From contig CBDAON010000004.1 of assembly GCA_965198065.1 (NCBI GenBank), positions 992,001 through 1,056,000 on the forward strand: a stretch of 64,000 nucleotides of DNA, read 5' to 3'. The position numbers were made by a program, and so were the translations under genes. The notes beneath the pieces were generated by a model. That model had not been told where the DNA came from and did no database searches. It was given only the letters and a program-made list of their open reading frames with translations. The DNA comes from Longimicrobiales bacterium (GTDB lineage Bacteria > Gemmatimonadota > Gemmatimonadetes > Longimicrobiales > Gaopeijiaceae). This document shows, one piece after another, positions 1 to 9,761 of this stretch; the first letter of the stretch is position 1, and each line of letters begins with the position of its first letter.

Positions 1-297
1 GACGGAATCGACGTCACCGATCCACTCCCGGCAGACACGGCCTTCCTCCGCCTTCTCTCCGGAGCCGTCGACGCCGTCGTGTCGCCGTACCACGACGTCG
101 GCATGGCCGTGTTCAAGACCCTCGCCTTCGGGCGCGGCGTAAACGTGACGCTCGGTTTGCCGTTCGTGAGGACTTCGCCGGACCACGGCACTGCGTTCGA
201 CCGCGCGGGAACGGGCCGGGCCGATCCTGGATCGGCCGTCGAAGCCCTCCGCCTCGCGCGCCGCCTCGCCTCCTCCATGGTCGGAGGATCGCTTTGA
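1..297 (+). CDS. pdxA: 4-hydroxythreonine-4-phosphate dehydrogenase, C-terminal part (5' truncated by window)
   Basis: Frame 1 is open from base 1: PLPADTAF...YHDVG...VNVTLGLPFVRTSPDHGTAFD, the PdxA C-terminal signature. Confidence 0.93.
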   Translation, partial: DGIDVTDPLPADTAFLRLLSGAVDAVVSPYHDVGMAVFKTLAFGRGVNVTLGLPFVRTSPDHGTAFDRAGTGRADPGSAVEALRLARRLASSMVGGSL

Positions 298-323
298 CAC
301 TCCGCGCTCGCGGGGAATATCTT
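294..323 (+). promoter_or_regulatory. sigma70-like promoter upstream of ftsE
   Basis: TTGACA (294-299), 18 nt, TATCTT (318-323). The pdxA TGA lies inside the -35 hexamer. Confidence 0.55.
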
Positions 324-391
324 CGAAGCAGTGGGCATCGCCCCCACGCCCCCCGACCCCCGCACCCAATCCGCTGGGGGGATAGATCACC

Positions 392-1078
392 GTGATCAAG
401 CTGAGCCAGGTCTCCAAGGAATACGCGCCGAGAGGGCGCGTCCTGGACGAGATCTCCTTCGAGATGGCGAAGGGGGAGTTCGCCTTCCTCACGGGACACT
501 CCGGGTCGGGCAAGTCCACGACCCTGAAGCTCATCCACATGGCGGAGCGCCCCAGCGCGGGCGAGGTGCGCGTGAGCGGGTACTCCTCCCAGCTCGTTTC
601 GAGGCGGGAGATCTGGAAGGTCAGGCGACGGGTGGGATTCGTCTTCCAGGATTTCCGGCTCCTTCCAGAGCGGACCGCAACCGAGAACGTGACGTTCGCC
701 CTCGAGGTGACGGGAACCCCTCGCTCCCAGCTCATCCCCCGCGCCCACCGCCTGCTGTCAAAGGTGGGACTCTCGGCCAAGACCGGGGCCATGGTGCACG
801 AGCTCTCCGGAGGTGAGCAGCAGCGGGTCGGGATCGCACGCGCTCTGGCGAACGAGCCTTTCGTCCTCCTCGCGGACGAGCCCTCGGGGAACCTGGACGA
901 GCGCGCCTCCCGCGGGATTATGGAGCTGTTTCGCGTCCTGAACGCACAGGGAATGGCCATCCTCATGGCCACGCACGATCTGGAGCTCGTGCGAGCGTAC
1001 CCTGACATTCGCGTCCTTGAGTTGAACGAGGGGAGACTCGTGTACGACTCGGCCGCCGTGGCCTCTCAAGGTCGCTGA
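392..1078 (+). CDS. ftsE: cell division ATP-binding protein FtsE
   Basis: Walker A GHSGSGKS, VFQDFRLL, LSGGEQQRV, LLADEP; followed by ftsX and envC. Confidence 0.95.
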   Translation: MIKLSQVSKEYAPRGRVLDEISFEMAKGEFAFLTGHSGSGKSTTLKLIHMAERPSAGEVRVSGYSSQLVSRREIWKVRRRVGFVFQDFRLLPERTATENVTFALEVTGTPRSQLIPRAHRLLSKVGLSAKTGAMVHELSGGEQQRVGIARALANEPFVLLADEPSGNLDERASRGIMELFRVLNAQGMAILMATHDLELVRAYPDIRVLELNEGRLVYDSAAVASQGR

Positions 1079-1085
1079 AGGACTG

Positions 1086-1942
1086 ATGTACACGATCCGG
1101 GAAGCTCTGGCGGGGATCCGGCGGGCGCCGTTCCTCACGACGCTTTCCGCCGCCATGGTCGCCCTGGCTCTTCTGGTTGTGGGCCTCTTCACGGTCGTCA
1201 GCTACAACCTGCACCAGGCCCTTATCCGGGTGGAGGAGCGCGTCGAGGTCGTCGTGTATCTGAGGGACGACGTGCGCAACGAGGAGGTCCAGGTGGCGGA
1301 CGAGATTCTCCGCGCGATGCCGGAGGTCGCAGGCGTCCGCTACGTCTCCAAGGAGGAGGCCCTCCGGGTCGCGCAGGAGGAGCTCCCCGAGTTCCGGCAG
1401 GTCTTCGTAGGGTTGGACGTGAACCCCCTCCCGGCCTCGCTCGAGGTCGAGCTTCTGCCCGGATATCGGACCCCCGACGCGGTGGAGCGGGTCTCGGGCG
1501 CTACCGTGGACTTCCCGTTCGTCGAGGACGTCGTATAAACGGAAGCGATTGGGTGGACCGAGTCTACCTCCTCCGGAGCGTGGGCGCGGTGGCCACGACG
1601 ATCCTCGGGACGGCCTTCGCGGTCGTGGCCGCTCTCATCATCGGGACGGCAGTCCGGATCGCGATCTTCGCGAGGAAGGACGAGATTCAGATCATGCGGC
1701 TCGTCGGCGCCACGCGGGGCTTCATCCGCCGCCCCTTCCTCCTCGAGGGCTTCTTGACGGGGCTGGTGGGGGGGATCCTGGCGCTCGGACTGACGTACTC
1801 CGCATATGTGACCGGCTCCGAGTTGATCTTCCCCCTCGCGTGGATCCCCGGACGGTGGGTGCTCCTCGGGATCCTCGCGGGCGGGCTCTTCGGAGTCGTG
1901 GCGAGCGCGTTCGCGATCCGGAAGTACCTCCGGGAGGTGTAG
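1086..1942 (+). pseudogene. ftsX: FtsX permease split into 1086-1538 and 1553-1942 (frameshift, possibly a sequence error)
   Basis: N part has TM1 and a periplasmic domain (YVSKEEAL, NPLPASLEV); C part has EIQIMRLVGATRGFIRRPFLLEG. Removing 2 nt from TAAAC at 1536-1540 restores VEDVVYGSDWVDRV. Confidence 0.85.
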
Positions 1943-1946
1943 CAAA

Positions 1947-3203
1947 GTGACGATCCGGCTCCTCCGCATGCTGCTCGCGGCCCTGCTCGCCCTCGGAGCC
2001 TTCGGCGACGTGCGCACCGTCCGCGCCCAGCAGACGGTCGACGACGTCGAGGCGCTCCGGCGCGAGATCCAGGAGAGCCAGCTCCGGCTCGAGCAGGTTC
2101 GCGAGGAGCGGGCCCGGCTTCAGCGCGACATGGACGGGCTGCGTTCACGCCTCCAGAATGTGTCGGGCGAGCTCGAGAACATCGAGCGCCAGTTGAGCGT
2201 ATCGCGCTCCGTGGCAGCGGAGATCAACTTCCAGATCGATCTGTCGACTGCCCAGGTCCAGCGCACGACCGCGGACCTCCTCCGAACCCGCGAGCAGCTC
2301 AGCGAGCGACAGGCGATCCTCAATCGACGGCTGCGCGACATCTACAAGGGCGGACCGCTCCACGCTTCCCGTGTGCTTCTGGGCGCACAGTCGTTTTCCA
2401 ATCTCCTGAACCGGATCCGCTACCTCCAGACGATTGCCTCGTACGATCGGATCCTCCTGGACAACGTGCGCGACCTGGAGCGGGAGCTCGCGGAACAGAG
2501 CCGCGACCTCCAGGCGGGGCTGAGCGAGCTCGGTCGGCTCCGGGACGCCAGGCAGGGAGAGCTCGCCGAGCTCCGCCAGATCGAGAGTGAGCACCAGCGG
2601 ACTCTCCAACAATTCCGCACCCAGGAGCGCCAGTCCATCACGCGGCTCGATCAGCTGGACGCGGACGAAGCGCAGCTCGCGGCGCTCCTCGCCACTCTGG
2701 ATCAGCAGCGCCTCGTCGAGGAGCGCCGCCGTACGATCGAGGGGGGCCCGACCCTCGGGGGGGCGACTCTCACGACCGCCAACATCGGGCTCCTCGACTG
2801 GCCCGTCCTGGGGGACATCGCGTACCCCTTCGGCGTCGAGCGCCGCGCGAACGGAACCGTTCTCCGGTGGAACGGGATCGGGATCCGTGCCCCGGTGGGG
2901 ACGCCGGTCGGGGCGGTCCGAGCGGGAACGGTTCTTCTGGCGGGTCCGCTCGAGGGCTACGGTCCGTCCGTGATCCTCTCCCACGGGGGCGGGTTCTACA
3001 CACTGTACCTCTACCTGGAGGAGATCGGGGTCGTGGAGGGGCGGGACGTAGACGCGGGTCAGGTCGTTGGCACCGTGGGAGGTCAGGGGACGCCGGAGGG
3101 CCCCCGCCTCGAGTTCCAGATCCGCGCGCCGGTCGGGGGAGGAACCCAGCAGCAGCCGCTGGATCCCATGCGGTGGCTGAGACCGAGGGCCGGGAGAGAG
3201 TGA
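1947..3203 (+). CDS. envC: murein hydrolase activator EnvC-like (coiled coil plus degenerate M23 domain)
   Basis: Signal peptide, long coiled coil, M23 fold lacking the Zn ligands (WNGIG and RLEF in place of HxxxD and HxH); directly after ftsEX. Confidence 0.85.
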   Translation: MTIRLLRMLLAALLALGAFGDVRTVRAQQTVDDVEALRREIQESQLRLEQVREERARLQRDMDGLRSRLQNVSGELENIERQLSVSRSVAAEINFQIDLSTAQVQRTTADLLRTREQLSERQAILNRRLRDIYKGGPLHASRVLLGAQSFSNLLNRIRYLQTIASYDRILLDNVRDLERELAEQSRDLQAGLSELGRLRDARQGELAELRQIESEHQRTLQQFRTQERQSITRLDQLDADEAQLAALLATLDQQRLVEERRRTIEGGPTLGGATLTTANIGLLDWPVLGDIAYPFGVERRANGTVLRWNGIGIRAPVGTPVGAVRAGTVLLAGPLEGYGPSVILSHGGGFYTLYLYLEEIGVVEGRDVDAGQVVGTVGGQGTPEGPRLEFQIRAPVGGGTQQQPLDPMRWLRPRAGRE

Positions 3204-4384
3204 CCGTCCACCCGCTCGAGGGGCACGAGGAGCCGCGCGCGGCTGTCGCTCGGGCGTTTGGCGCCAACCGGCTCCCCACCGCCCTTCTCCTCCACGGCCC
3301 CCCCGGAGTCGGAAAACAGCGCTTCGCGCTCTGGATCGGACAGCTGCTCGCGTGCGAGAGTCCCGGCCTCTACGATCCCTGCGGTAATTGCCGCGGATGC
3401 GGCCTGGCCCTCCGGCTCGAGCACCCCGACCTGCATTGGTACTTCCCGATCCCGCGCCCGCCCGCCCGCGGATCCCAGGAGCGGGACCGGGAGGCCCTGG
3501 AGGAGGTCCGGGGCGAGCGCCTCCGGCTCCGGAGGGAAACCCCGCTCCGGCCCTCGTTCTCCGAAGAGGTTCGGGGGATTCATCTCGGCACGATCCGGAA
3601 TCTGAGGCGAGAGGCGGCGCGCAGGCCGACGGGCGCCCGGCGGCTCTTTCTCGTGGCGGACGCAGAGGAACTCGTGTCGCAGGAGTCGAGCCCCGAGGCG
3701 GCTAACGCGCTCCTGAAGGTCCTGGAGGAGCCGCCGTCGGACACGTGGTTCGTCCTTACCGCCTCTGAGCCGGGCCGACTCCTCCCGACGGTCCGCTCCC
3801 GGGCTACGGCTCTCTACCTTGCGCCCCTCCCCGTCGCCCGGGTCGCGGACTTCTTGGCGGGGGCCTGGAGCGGAGCCGGTCGAGAGGACATCTCCAGGGC
3901 GGCCCAGCTGTCGGGAGGCTCGATCGGCAGGGCCCTCGGGTTCCTGAACGACGAGGACGAGGACGGACCCCTCGAAAAGATCCGCAAGGACGCGTTCTTC
4001 CTGCTCAGGGCCGCGCTCGACCCCGACGGCACCGAGCGTTACTCGCGCGCTCTCGGATTCGCCCCCGTCGGGGGTCGTGGCCTGCACGAGCTCCTCACCT
4101 CGCTCGAGACCTGGATTCGGGACCTAGCGGCCGTGGCGGCCGGGACGGAGACTCCGATCCTGAACGGCGGGGCGAGAGACTGGTTCCTGAAGGCGGCCCG
4201 GGAGCGAGACCTCCACCCCGTCGAGCTCGCCCGAGCAGTCGAGCGCGTCGAGGAGGCACGGGAGCGCGCCGCCGGGAATGTGAACCCCCAGCTCCTCGTG
4301 GCCGGGCTCCTGTTCGAGCTGAGCGATGCGCTTCTGGGTGGCGGCGGCCGGTTCGAGCGCCCAGCGCCCGCGGGGGTCTCGTGA
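3200..4384 (+). CDS. holB: DNA polymerase III subunit delta'
   Basis: GTG start overlaps the envC stop; LLLHGPPGVGK, PCGNCRGC zinc module, HPDLH, AANALLKVLEEPP, LLPTVRSR. Confidence 0.9.
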   Translation: MTVHPLEGHEEPRAAVARAFGANRLPTALLLHGPPGVGKQRFALWIGQLLACESPGLYDPCGNCRGCGLALRLEHPDLHWYFPIPRPPARGSQERDREALEEVRGERLRLRRETPLRPSFSEEVRGIHLGTIRNLRREAARRPTGARRLFLVADAEELVSQESSPEAANALLKVLEEPPSDTWFVLTASEPGRLLPTVRSRATALYLAPLPVARVADFLAGAWSGAGREDISRAAQLSGGSIGRALGFLNDEDEDGPLEKIRKDAFFLLRAALDPDGTERYSRALGFAPVGGRGLHELLTSLETWIRDLAAVAAGTETPILNGGARDWFLKAARERDLHPVELARAVERVEEARERAAGNVNPQLLVAGLLFELSDALLGGGGRFERPAPAGVS

Positions 4385-4905
4385 TCGTCTCCGAGGCCCC
4401 GGGCGATCTCGCCGACCGACCGGACGAGGACGGGCCCGGCCGCCTCACGCACATGGACGACGAGGGCCGCCCCCGCATGGTGGACGTGAGCGGGAAGGCC
4501 GTCACCAACCGGACCGCGATTGCCGAAGGTGCCATCCGGATGTCCGCGGCCACCCTGGAGAAGCTCCTCCACGCAGGACCCAAGGGCGACGCACTCCGGG
4601 TGGGCGAGCTCGCCGGGATTCAAGCCTCGAAGAAGACTGCGGAGCTCGTTCCCCTCTGCCACCTTCTTCCGGCCGTCTCAGTGGGCGTCGAGCTCACTCC
4701 GGACCCCGAGCTCCCGGGCGTCCGCGCGCGGGCGGTGACCCGCGTTCAGGGAACCACGGGAGTCGAGATGGAGGCACTCACCGCCGTAGCCGTGGCCCTG
4801 CTGACCGTGTACGATATGGGAAAGGCGATCGATCGCGGTATGACGATCGAGGGGATCCGGCTCCTCGAGAAAGCGGGGGGGCGGTCCGGGATCTGGAAGG
4901 CGTAG
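4381..4905 (+). CDS. moaC: cyclic pyranopterin monophosphate synthase MoaC
   Basis: LTHMDDEGRPRMVDVSGK, LVPLCH, TGVEMEALTAV, VYDMGKAID, LLEKAGGRSG. Confidence 0.96.
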   Translation: MIVSEAPGDLADRPDEDGPGRLTHMDDEGRPRMVDVSGKAVTNRTAIAEGAIRMSAATLEKLLHAGPKGDALRVGELAGIQASKKTAELVPLCHLLPAVSVGVELTPDPELPGVRARAVTRVQGTTGVEMEALTAVAVALLTVYDMGKAIDRGMTIEGIRLLEKAGGRSGIWKA

Positions 4906-4911
4906 GTCTAG

Positions 4912-6291
4912 CTAGGGAATCCGGAGCTCGTCCCCGGGGTGTATCAGGGGATTCGACTCCCGCTGGTTTTCCCTCGCCAGCGCGTCGGTAGAGACCCCGT
5001 AGCGCCGTGCGATCGTCCAGAGGCTCTCCCCCGCTCTAACGACGTGGAGCATGCCGCTCGCGCCGGCGCCGAGCGACGCAACCTGCGACGATCCACCCCG
5101 CCCCCCGCGAACGCCGACCGGAACGACGACGGTCATCCCGATCTGAAGGCGTTGTGGGTCGACGTCGCCATTCGTGTCCACGAGCTCCGGCAGCCCGACC
5201 CCGTACATCAACGCGATGTGGGAGAAGGTCTCCCCCCGAGCCACGACGTGCTCGAGGACCGAGAGCCGCTCTTCCGGAGGAATCATCGCGTACGCCGTCA
5301 CGAAGTTTGCCCCCGTTCCCACCGGGACCCGGACGGAGCGCTCGGCTCCGATCGGCGTGAAGCCTCGAACGTACCGTGGGTTCAGCTCCTGAATCTCGGC
5401 TTCGGTCACCCCCGCCGCCCTCGCGATGATGTCGAGGGACGTGGCGTCCGGAACGACAACCTCATCGAACAAGAAGAGAACGGGTCGGATCGGCTCGAAG
5501 CCGTGGCTCACCGGATCGCCGGCGAGCGCCGCGGCAGCGAAGAAGCGTGGAACGAACTCCCGCGTCTCCGCCGGAAGGAGCCGCCGGATCAACAGGAAGT
5601 CTTCGTCCGTGAGATCTGCGCCGGCGCGCCCGGTCCGGGTGAGGAGCTGCCCAACGCGCCCCGGGCCGACGTTGTACGCCGCGAGCGCCAGGAACCAAGA
5701 GCCGAGGTCCTCGTAGAGCCCCTCGAGATAGTCGAGCGCGGCGTCGGTCGCGGCGAACGGATCTCTCCGGTCGTCCACGATGGACCCAACCGCGACCCCG
5801 AGGCCCCGCGCAGTCGGCCCCATGAGCTGCCAGAGCCCGGTCGCCCCGACCCGGCTCACCGCCCTTGGGAAGTACCCACTCTCCACGAGGGGCAGATAGC
5901 GCAGGCTCTCGGGGAGATCCCGCCTCGCCAGCTCGTCCTCGACGAGCGCGCCGTATTGGCCCATCCGCTCCAGGTATCGGGCGAAGTTTTCGGCCTGATC
6001 CTCCTTCCAGAAGTCCATCCAGAACGCCACCTGCCGCTGAAACGTCGTGTCCTGGGCGGTCGCAGAGGCGAGAATCGGGTCCGTTCCCACGTAGACCGGC
6101 TCACGAACGGGCTCTGCGAACCCGGAGCTCGGGAGCGGGTCGGGCTGCGCGCGGTCGGTAATCACGGGATCGGGATCGGGGGGAGGGGGAGCGGGGGGGG
6201 GGCGCTCGGGAAGTCCCACGCTCTGGCACGCCGACAGCGCGGCGAGCGTCAGAGCCGTGAGGAAGCGTGGGCCGACTCGTGGTGGCGGCAT
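4912..6291 (-). CDS. membrane-bound lytic murein transglycosylase D-like lipoprotein (SLT plus LysM domains)
   Basis: Lipobox LSAC; LVESGY, ATGLWQLM, LAAYNVG; two clear C-terminal LysM repeats. Start placed at ATG 6291, just past the upstream gene's stop. Confidence 0.88.
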   Translation of the reverse strand: MPPPRVGPRFLTALTLAALSACQSVGLPERPPPAPPPPDPDPVITDRAQPDPLPSSGFAEPVREPVYVGTDPILASATAQDTTFQRQVAFWMDFWKEDQAENFARYLERMGQYGALVEDELARRDLPESLRYLPLVESGYFPRAVSRVGATGLWQLMGPTARGLGVAVGSIVDDRRDPFAATDAALDYLEGLYEDLGSWFLALAAYNVGPGRVGQLLTRTGRAGADLTDEDFLLIRRLLPAETREFVPRFFAAAALAGDPVSHGFEPIRPVLFLFDEVVVPDATSLDIIARAAGVTEAEIQELNPRYVRGFTPIGAERSVRVPVGTGANFVTAYAMIPPEERLSVLEHVVARGETFSHIALMYGVGLPELVDTNGDVDPQRLQIGMTVVVPVGVRGGRGGSSQVASLGAGASGMLHVVRAGESLWTIARRYGVSTDALARENQRESNPLIHPGDELRIP

Positions 6292-6298
6292 CGGTCGC

Positions 6299-7429
6299 TT
6301 ACCCTCCCAGGATCTGATCCACACCGGCGAGGAGCCGGTCGATGGATTCGTCTCGGGCGCCGTGCCCCATGAGCCCGATGCGCCAGATCTTACCCTTGAC
6401 CGGGCCCAGCCCGCCGCCCACCTCAATCCCGTGCTGCTCGAGGAGCTGCGAGCGGAGCGGCACCTCTTCCCTTCTGCCCGGCAGCTCGACCGCGGTGAGC
6501 TGGGCGAGCCGGCACGATTCGTCGGTGAACGGGATGAAGCCCCTCGCGTAGAGCTCTTCGCTCAGGCGCGCGCCCACCCGTGTGTGGCGCTCGTAACGGG
6601 CCTCGAGGCCTTCCTCTTCGAGCTCCCTCAGGGCCTCGTGCAGCGCGTAGAACAGGTTGATCGGCGCCGTGTGGTGATACCGTCGTTCGGCCCCGATGTA
6701 GTTCTCGATCAGGGAGACGTCCAGGTACCAGCTCGTGGACGGCACCTTCCGGGTGTGCACCCGCTCCGCCGCCCGCGGCGAGAACGTGATCGGCGCAAGG
6801 CCGGGAAGGGCCCCGATGCACTTTTGGGTCCCAGCGTAGCAGATGTCGATCCCGATCGAGTCCACCTCCACCGGCATCCCGCCCAGCGAGGTGACCGCGT
6901 CCACCACGAACAGCGTGTCCTGGTCCTCCAGGTATGCTCCGAGCTCGTGGAGGGAGCGGCAGGCGCCCGTCGAGGTTTCGGCTTGGACGACAGCGAGAAG
7001 CCGCGCCTCAGGATGGGCCTTGTGGGCCTCGACCAGACGGTCCACCTCGACCGTCCGGCCCCACTCGGCCTCGACGGCCACGACGTCGGCCCCCATGCGG
7101 GCAGCCATCTTGGTCAGCCGCTGCCCGAAGAAGCCCTGGACGCCGATGATCGCGGTGTCGCCCGGCTCCAGGACGTTCACGAGCGCGGCCTCCATTCCCG
7201 CGGAGCCCGTCCCCGAGATGGGGAACGTGAGCTCGTTTCGGGTCCCGAACACGGCCCGGAGCCGATCGTTAACGTCGTCGAGGAGGGCGAGAAACTGGGG
7301 ATCCAGGTGCCCCAGGGTGGGGCGTGCCGCCGCCTGGAGCACGCGTGCCGAAACTGGAGAGGGGCCCGGTCCCAGAAGAAGCCGCGGAGTGAGTGACCCG
7401 ACCGTGATCTCAAGCGACGAGACGTTCAT
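6299..7429 (-). CDS. alanine--glyoxylate / serine--pyruvate aminotransferase family (class V, PLP)
   Basis: LLLGPGPS, SGTGSAGMEA, AETSTG, VDAVTSLGG, GTQKC (PLP lysine), YHHTAP, WRIGLMG. Confidence 0.93.
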   Translation of the reverse strand: MNVSSLEITVGSLTPRLLLGPGPSPVSARVLQAAARPTLGHLDPQFLALLDDVNDRLRAVFGTRNELTFPISGTGSAGMEAALVNVLEPGDTAIIGVQGFFGQRLTKMAARMGADVVAVEAEWGRTVEVDRLVEAHKAHPEARLLAVVQAETSTGACRSLHELGAYLEDQDTLFVVDAVTSLGGMPVEVDSIGIDICYAGTQKCIGALPGLAPITFSPRAAERVHTRKVPSTSWYLDVSLIENYIGAERRYHHTAPINLFYALHEALRELEEEGLEARYERHTRVGARLSEELYARGFIPFTDESCRLAQLTAVELPGRREEVPLRSQLLEQHGIEVGGGLGPVKGKIWRIGLMGHGARDESIDRLLAGVDQILGG

Positions 7430-7537
7430 TCAGCTCCAAGCCGGCTCCGGTTCGTCCGGTCCGATTCTCGTCCAGTCCCGACGATCCGCGGAAACGCCGC
7501 GGTCCCGAGCGCCCCCCGCGTGCCCCGCTCCACATGC

Positions 7538-7568
7538 AAAGGCGCCCCGAGCGGCGCTCGCGGGCACC
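7538..7568 (-). terminator. possible intrinsic terminator or attenuator hairpin
   Basis: Minus strand GGTGCCC-G-CGAGC-GCC-GCTCG-GGGCGCC followed by only three T. Confidence 0.35.
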
Positions 7569-7583
7569 AAACGGTAAAAGGTA

Positions 7584-7728
7584 GGCGCGCCCGCCGGGGG
7601 AGCAAGCCCAACCGTCGTAGGGACGCCGGTCCTCGTGGGCCCCCGGGACCCTCCCCGGACCCATCGCTACCGAGACCGATGGCATCTGCACGACAGCTCG
7701 ACATGATCGCTCAACGTTCAGGCGTTCC
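7584..7728 (-). ncRNA. candidate structured RNA (long imperfect hairpin), family unknown
   Basis: Six nested helices folded by eye, with many G-U pairs on the minus strand; see findings. Confidence 0.45.
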
Positions 7729-7749
7729 AAGGCCATTCAGAGAGGCCTC

Positions 7750-9225
7750 TTAGAGGTGGTAGTTCGGAGCCTCGCGTGTGATTGTCACGTCGTGGGGATG
7801 CGACTCCCGGAGCCCGACCGCTGTGACTCGCAAGAACCGGGCCTTTCGGTGGAGCTCCTCCAGGCTCGCGGCCCCGCAGTATCCCATGCCGCTCTGGAGG
7901 CCGCCCACGAGCTGGAAAACGGTGTCGGACACCGGACCTTTGTATGGCACCCGCGCCTCGATTCCCTCCGGGACCAGCTTCCGCTCATCGGCCTGATCTT
8001 CCTGGAAGTAGCGGTCGGCCGAGCCCTCCTCCATGGCCGAAAGCGACCCCATACCACGCACCAGCTTGTAGCGACGACCCTCGAGCAGGAAGGCATCTCC
8101 CGGGGCTTCCTCCGTGCCCGCGAACATCGAACCCATCATGACCACGTCGGCCCCTGCCGCAAGCGCCTTCACGAGGTCGCCCGAGTAGCGCACGCCCCCG
8201 TCCGAGACCACCGGTACGCGCCCCCCGGTCCCCTCGACGGCTTCCATCACGGCCGATAGCTGGGGCACTCCGACCCCGGTGACCACCCTCGTCGTGCAGA
8301 TCGAGCCGGGACCGACCCCCACTTTCACGGCGTCTACGCCCCGCTCCACCAGGGCCCGGGCACCGTCGCGGGTCGCCACGTTGCCGGCGATCAGCTGGAC
8401 GTCGGGGAAACGCTCCCGGGTCCGCGCCACCGCTCTGAGCACGCCGTCGGTGTGGCCGTGCGCCGTGTCGATCACCAGGATGTCCGCCCCGGCTTCGACG
8501 AGGGCCTCGGCCCGAGCGCCGTCTGCCTCGGAGGCGCCGATGGCGGCGCCGACCCGCAGCCGCCCGCGGTCGTCCTTGCAGGCTTTGGGGTGCTGCCGCC
8601 GCTTTACGATGTCCTTCACCGTGATCAGGCCGAGGAGCTTCCGATCCTTGCCGACGACGGGGAGTTTCTCGATCCGGTGCTCGTGGAGGATCCTCTCGGC
8701 ATCCTCGAGGGTGGTCCCTTCCACACCAGTGACCAGATTCTCCGAGGTCATGACGTCCTGCACCGGGCGATCGAGGTCCCGCTCGAACTGGAGGTCCCGG
8801 TTAGTGATGATTCCGATCAACCGTCCGCCATCCTCCACGACCGGAACGCCCGAGATCGAGAAGCGGGCCATGAGCCCGAGCGCATCGCGGAGCGTCGCCT
8901 TCGGTTGAACGGTGATCGGGTTGTGGATCATACCACTCTCCGAGCGCTTTACCCGGTCCACCTCGGCGGCTTGGGTCTCGATGGGGAGGTTCTTGTGGAT
9001 GATCCCCATCCCCCCTTCCCGAGCCAGGGCGATGGCCATCCGGGACTCGGTGACCGTGTCCATGGCCGCGGAGAGAAGGGGGATCGACAGCCGTATGCTT
9101 CGAGTGAGGGAGGTATCGACCCGAGTGTCGCGCGGGTGGACCGTGGAGTGGCCCGGAAAGATGAGGACGTCGTCGAAGGTGAGCGCTTCGGGGATGGGGT
9201 CCCCGGATGGGCGGGAGGATTCCAT
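7750..9225 (-). CDS. guaB: IMP dehydrogenase
   Basis: [20 protein letters not shown] pair, [14 protein letters not shown] catalytic Cys motif, LRESHPHDV. Confidence 0.98.
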   Translation of the reverse strand: MESSRPSGDPIPEALTFDDVLIFPGHSTVHPRDTRVDTSLTRSIRLSIPLLSAAMDTVTESRMAIALAREGGMGIIHKNLPIETQAAEVDRVKRSESGMIHNPITVQPKATLRDALGLMARFSISGVPVVEDGGRLIGIITNRDLQFERDLDRPVQDVMTSENLVTGVEGTTLEDAERILHEHRIEKLPVVGKDRKLLGLITVKDIVKRRQHPKACKDDRGRLRVGAAIGASEADGARAEALVEAGADILVIDTAHGHTDGVLRAVARTRERFPDVQLIAGNVATRDGARALVERGVDAVKVGVGPGSICTTRVVTGVGVPQLSAVMEAVEGTGGRVPVVSDGGVRYSGDLVKALAAGADVVMMGSMFAGTEEAPGDAFLLEGRRYKLVRGMGSLSAMEEGSADRYFQEDQADERKLVPEGIEARVPYKGPVSDTVFQLVGGLQSGMGYCGAASLEELHRKARFLRVTAVGLRESHPHDVTITREAPNYHL

Positions 9226-9230
9226 GGACC

Positions 9231-9259
9231 AGTCTATTCGGCCCCCCCAGGGGTGTCAA
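9231..9259 (-). promoter_or_regulatory. sigma70-like promoter of guaB, leaderless geometry
   Basis: Minus strand TTGACA (9259-9254), 17 nt, TAGACT (9236-9231), 5 nt, ATG; no SD. Confidence 0.7.
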
Positions 9260-9657
9260 CCGGAAGGAGGAGAACGGTTTTCACCCCATTCCCCGGCCTC
9301 CTCGGCCCCCTTCGGGCGGTCGATGCTCTCCGTTCTGCGGGCCCCACCGGGCCGCGGCTCGGGGGCCGCCTGGAGCTCGGAGAGGATCTCCCTTCCTGCG
9401 TCCTTCACTGAGCCCAGGACCCGATCCGCGACATCGATGAGCTGGAACGCCTCCCTGAGCGCCCCAGGACTGAAGGCCCGCTTCCGGAGGCCGTCCTCGA
9501 GCCTCTCCGCGAGCGTCTGGAGGCCCGAGACGTCCGCATGGGCCCGGGCCCCGTACCTGGACTCCAGGAACTCGATGTAATCGAGGGCATGGTAGAGCTG
9601 CGCCTCGGGGAGCGCCTCCAGTCGTCGAACGACTCTCTTCCTCAATGTCTCGTGCAC
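9256..9657 (-). CDS. hypothetical protein (DUF2281-like N-terminus)
   Basis: RLEALPEAQLYHALDYIEFLESRY pattern; SD-like GGGAGGG upstream. Confidence 0.7.
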   Translation of the reverse strand: MHETLRKRVVRRLEALPEAQLYHALDYIEFLESRYGARAHADVSGLQTLAERLEDGLRKRAFSPGALREAFQLIDVADRVLGSVKDAGREILSELQAAPEPRPGGARRTESIDRPKGAEEAGEWGENRSPPSG

Positions 9658-9761
9658 GATTCACCGCCCTCCCCTGGCCTCCCCTCCGCATGTTCAAAAC
9701 GACGGGGGGCGTTATTATCGTGGGATTCGCTTTCCCGGACCCCGAAGGTGTCTAGATCCCA

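Noticed and set aside
7410..7753. Short ORFs across the guaB-aminotransferase gap
   Set aside because: Arg/Gly/Pro-rich with no SD or motifs; an RNA structure explains the region better.
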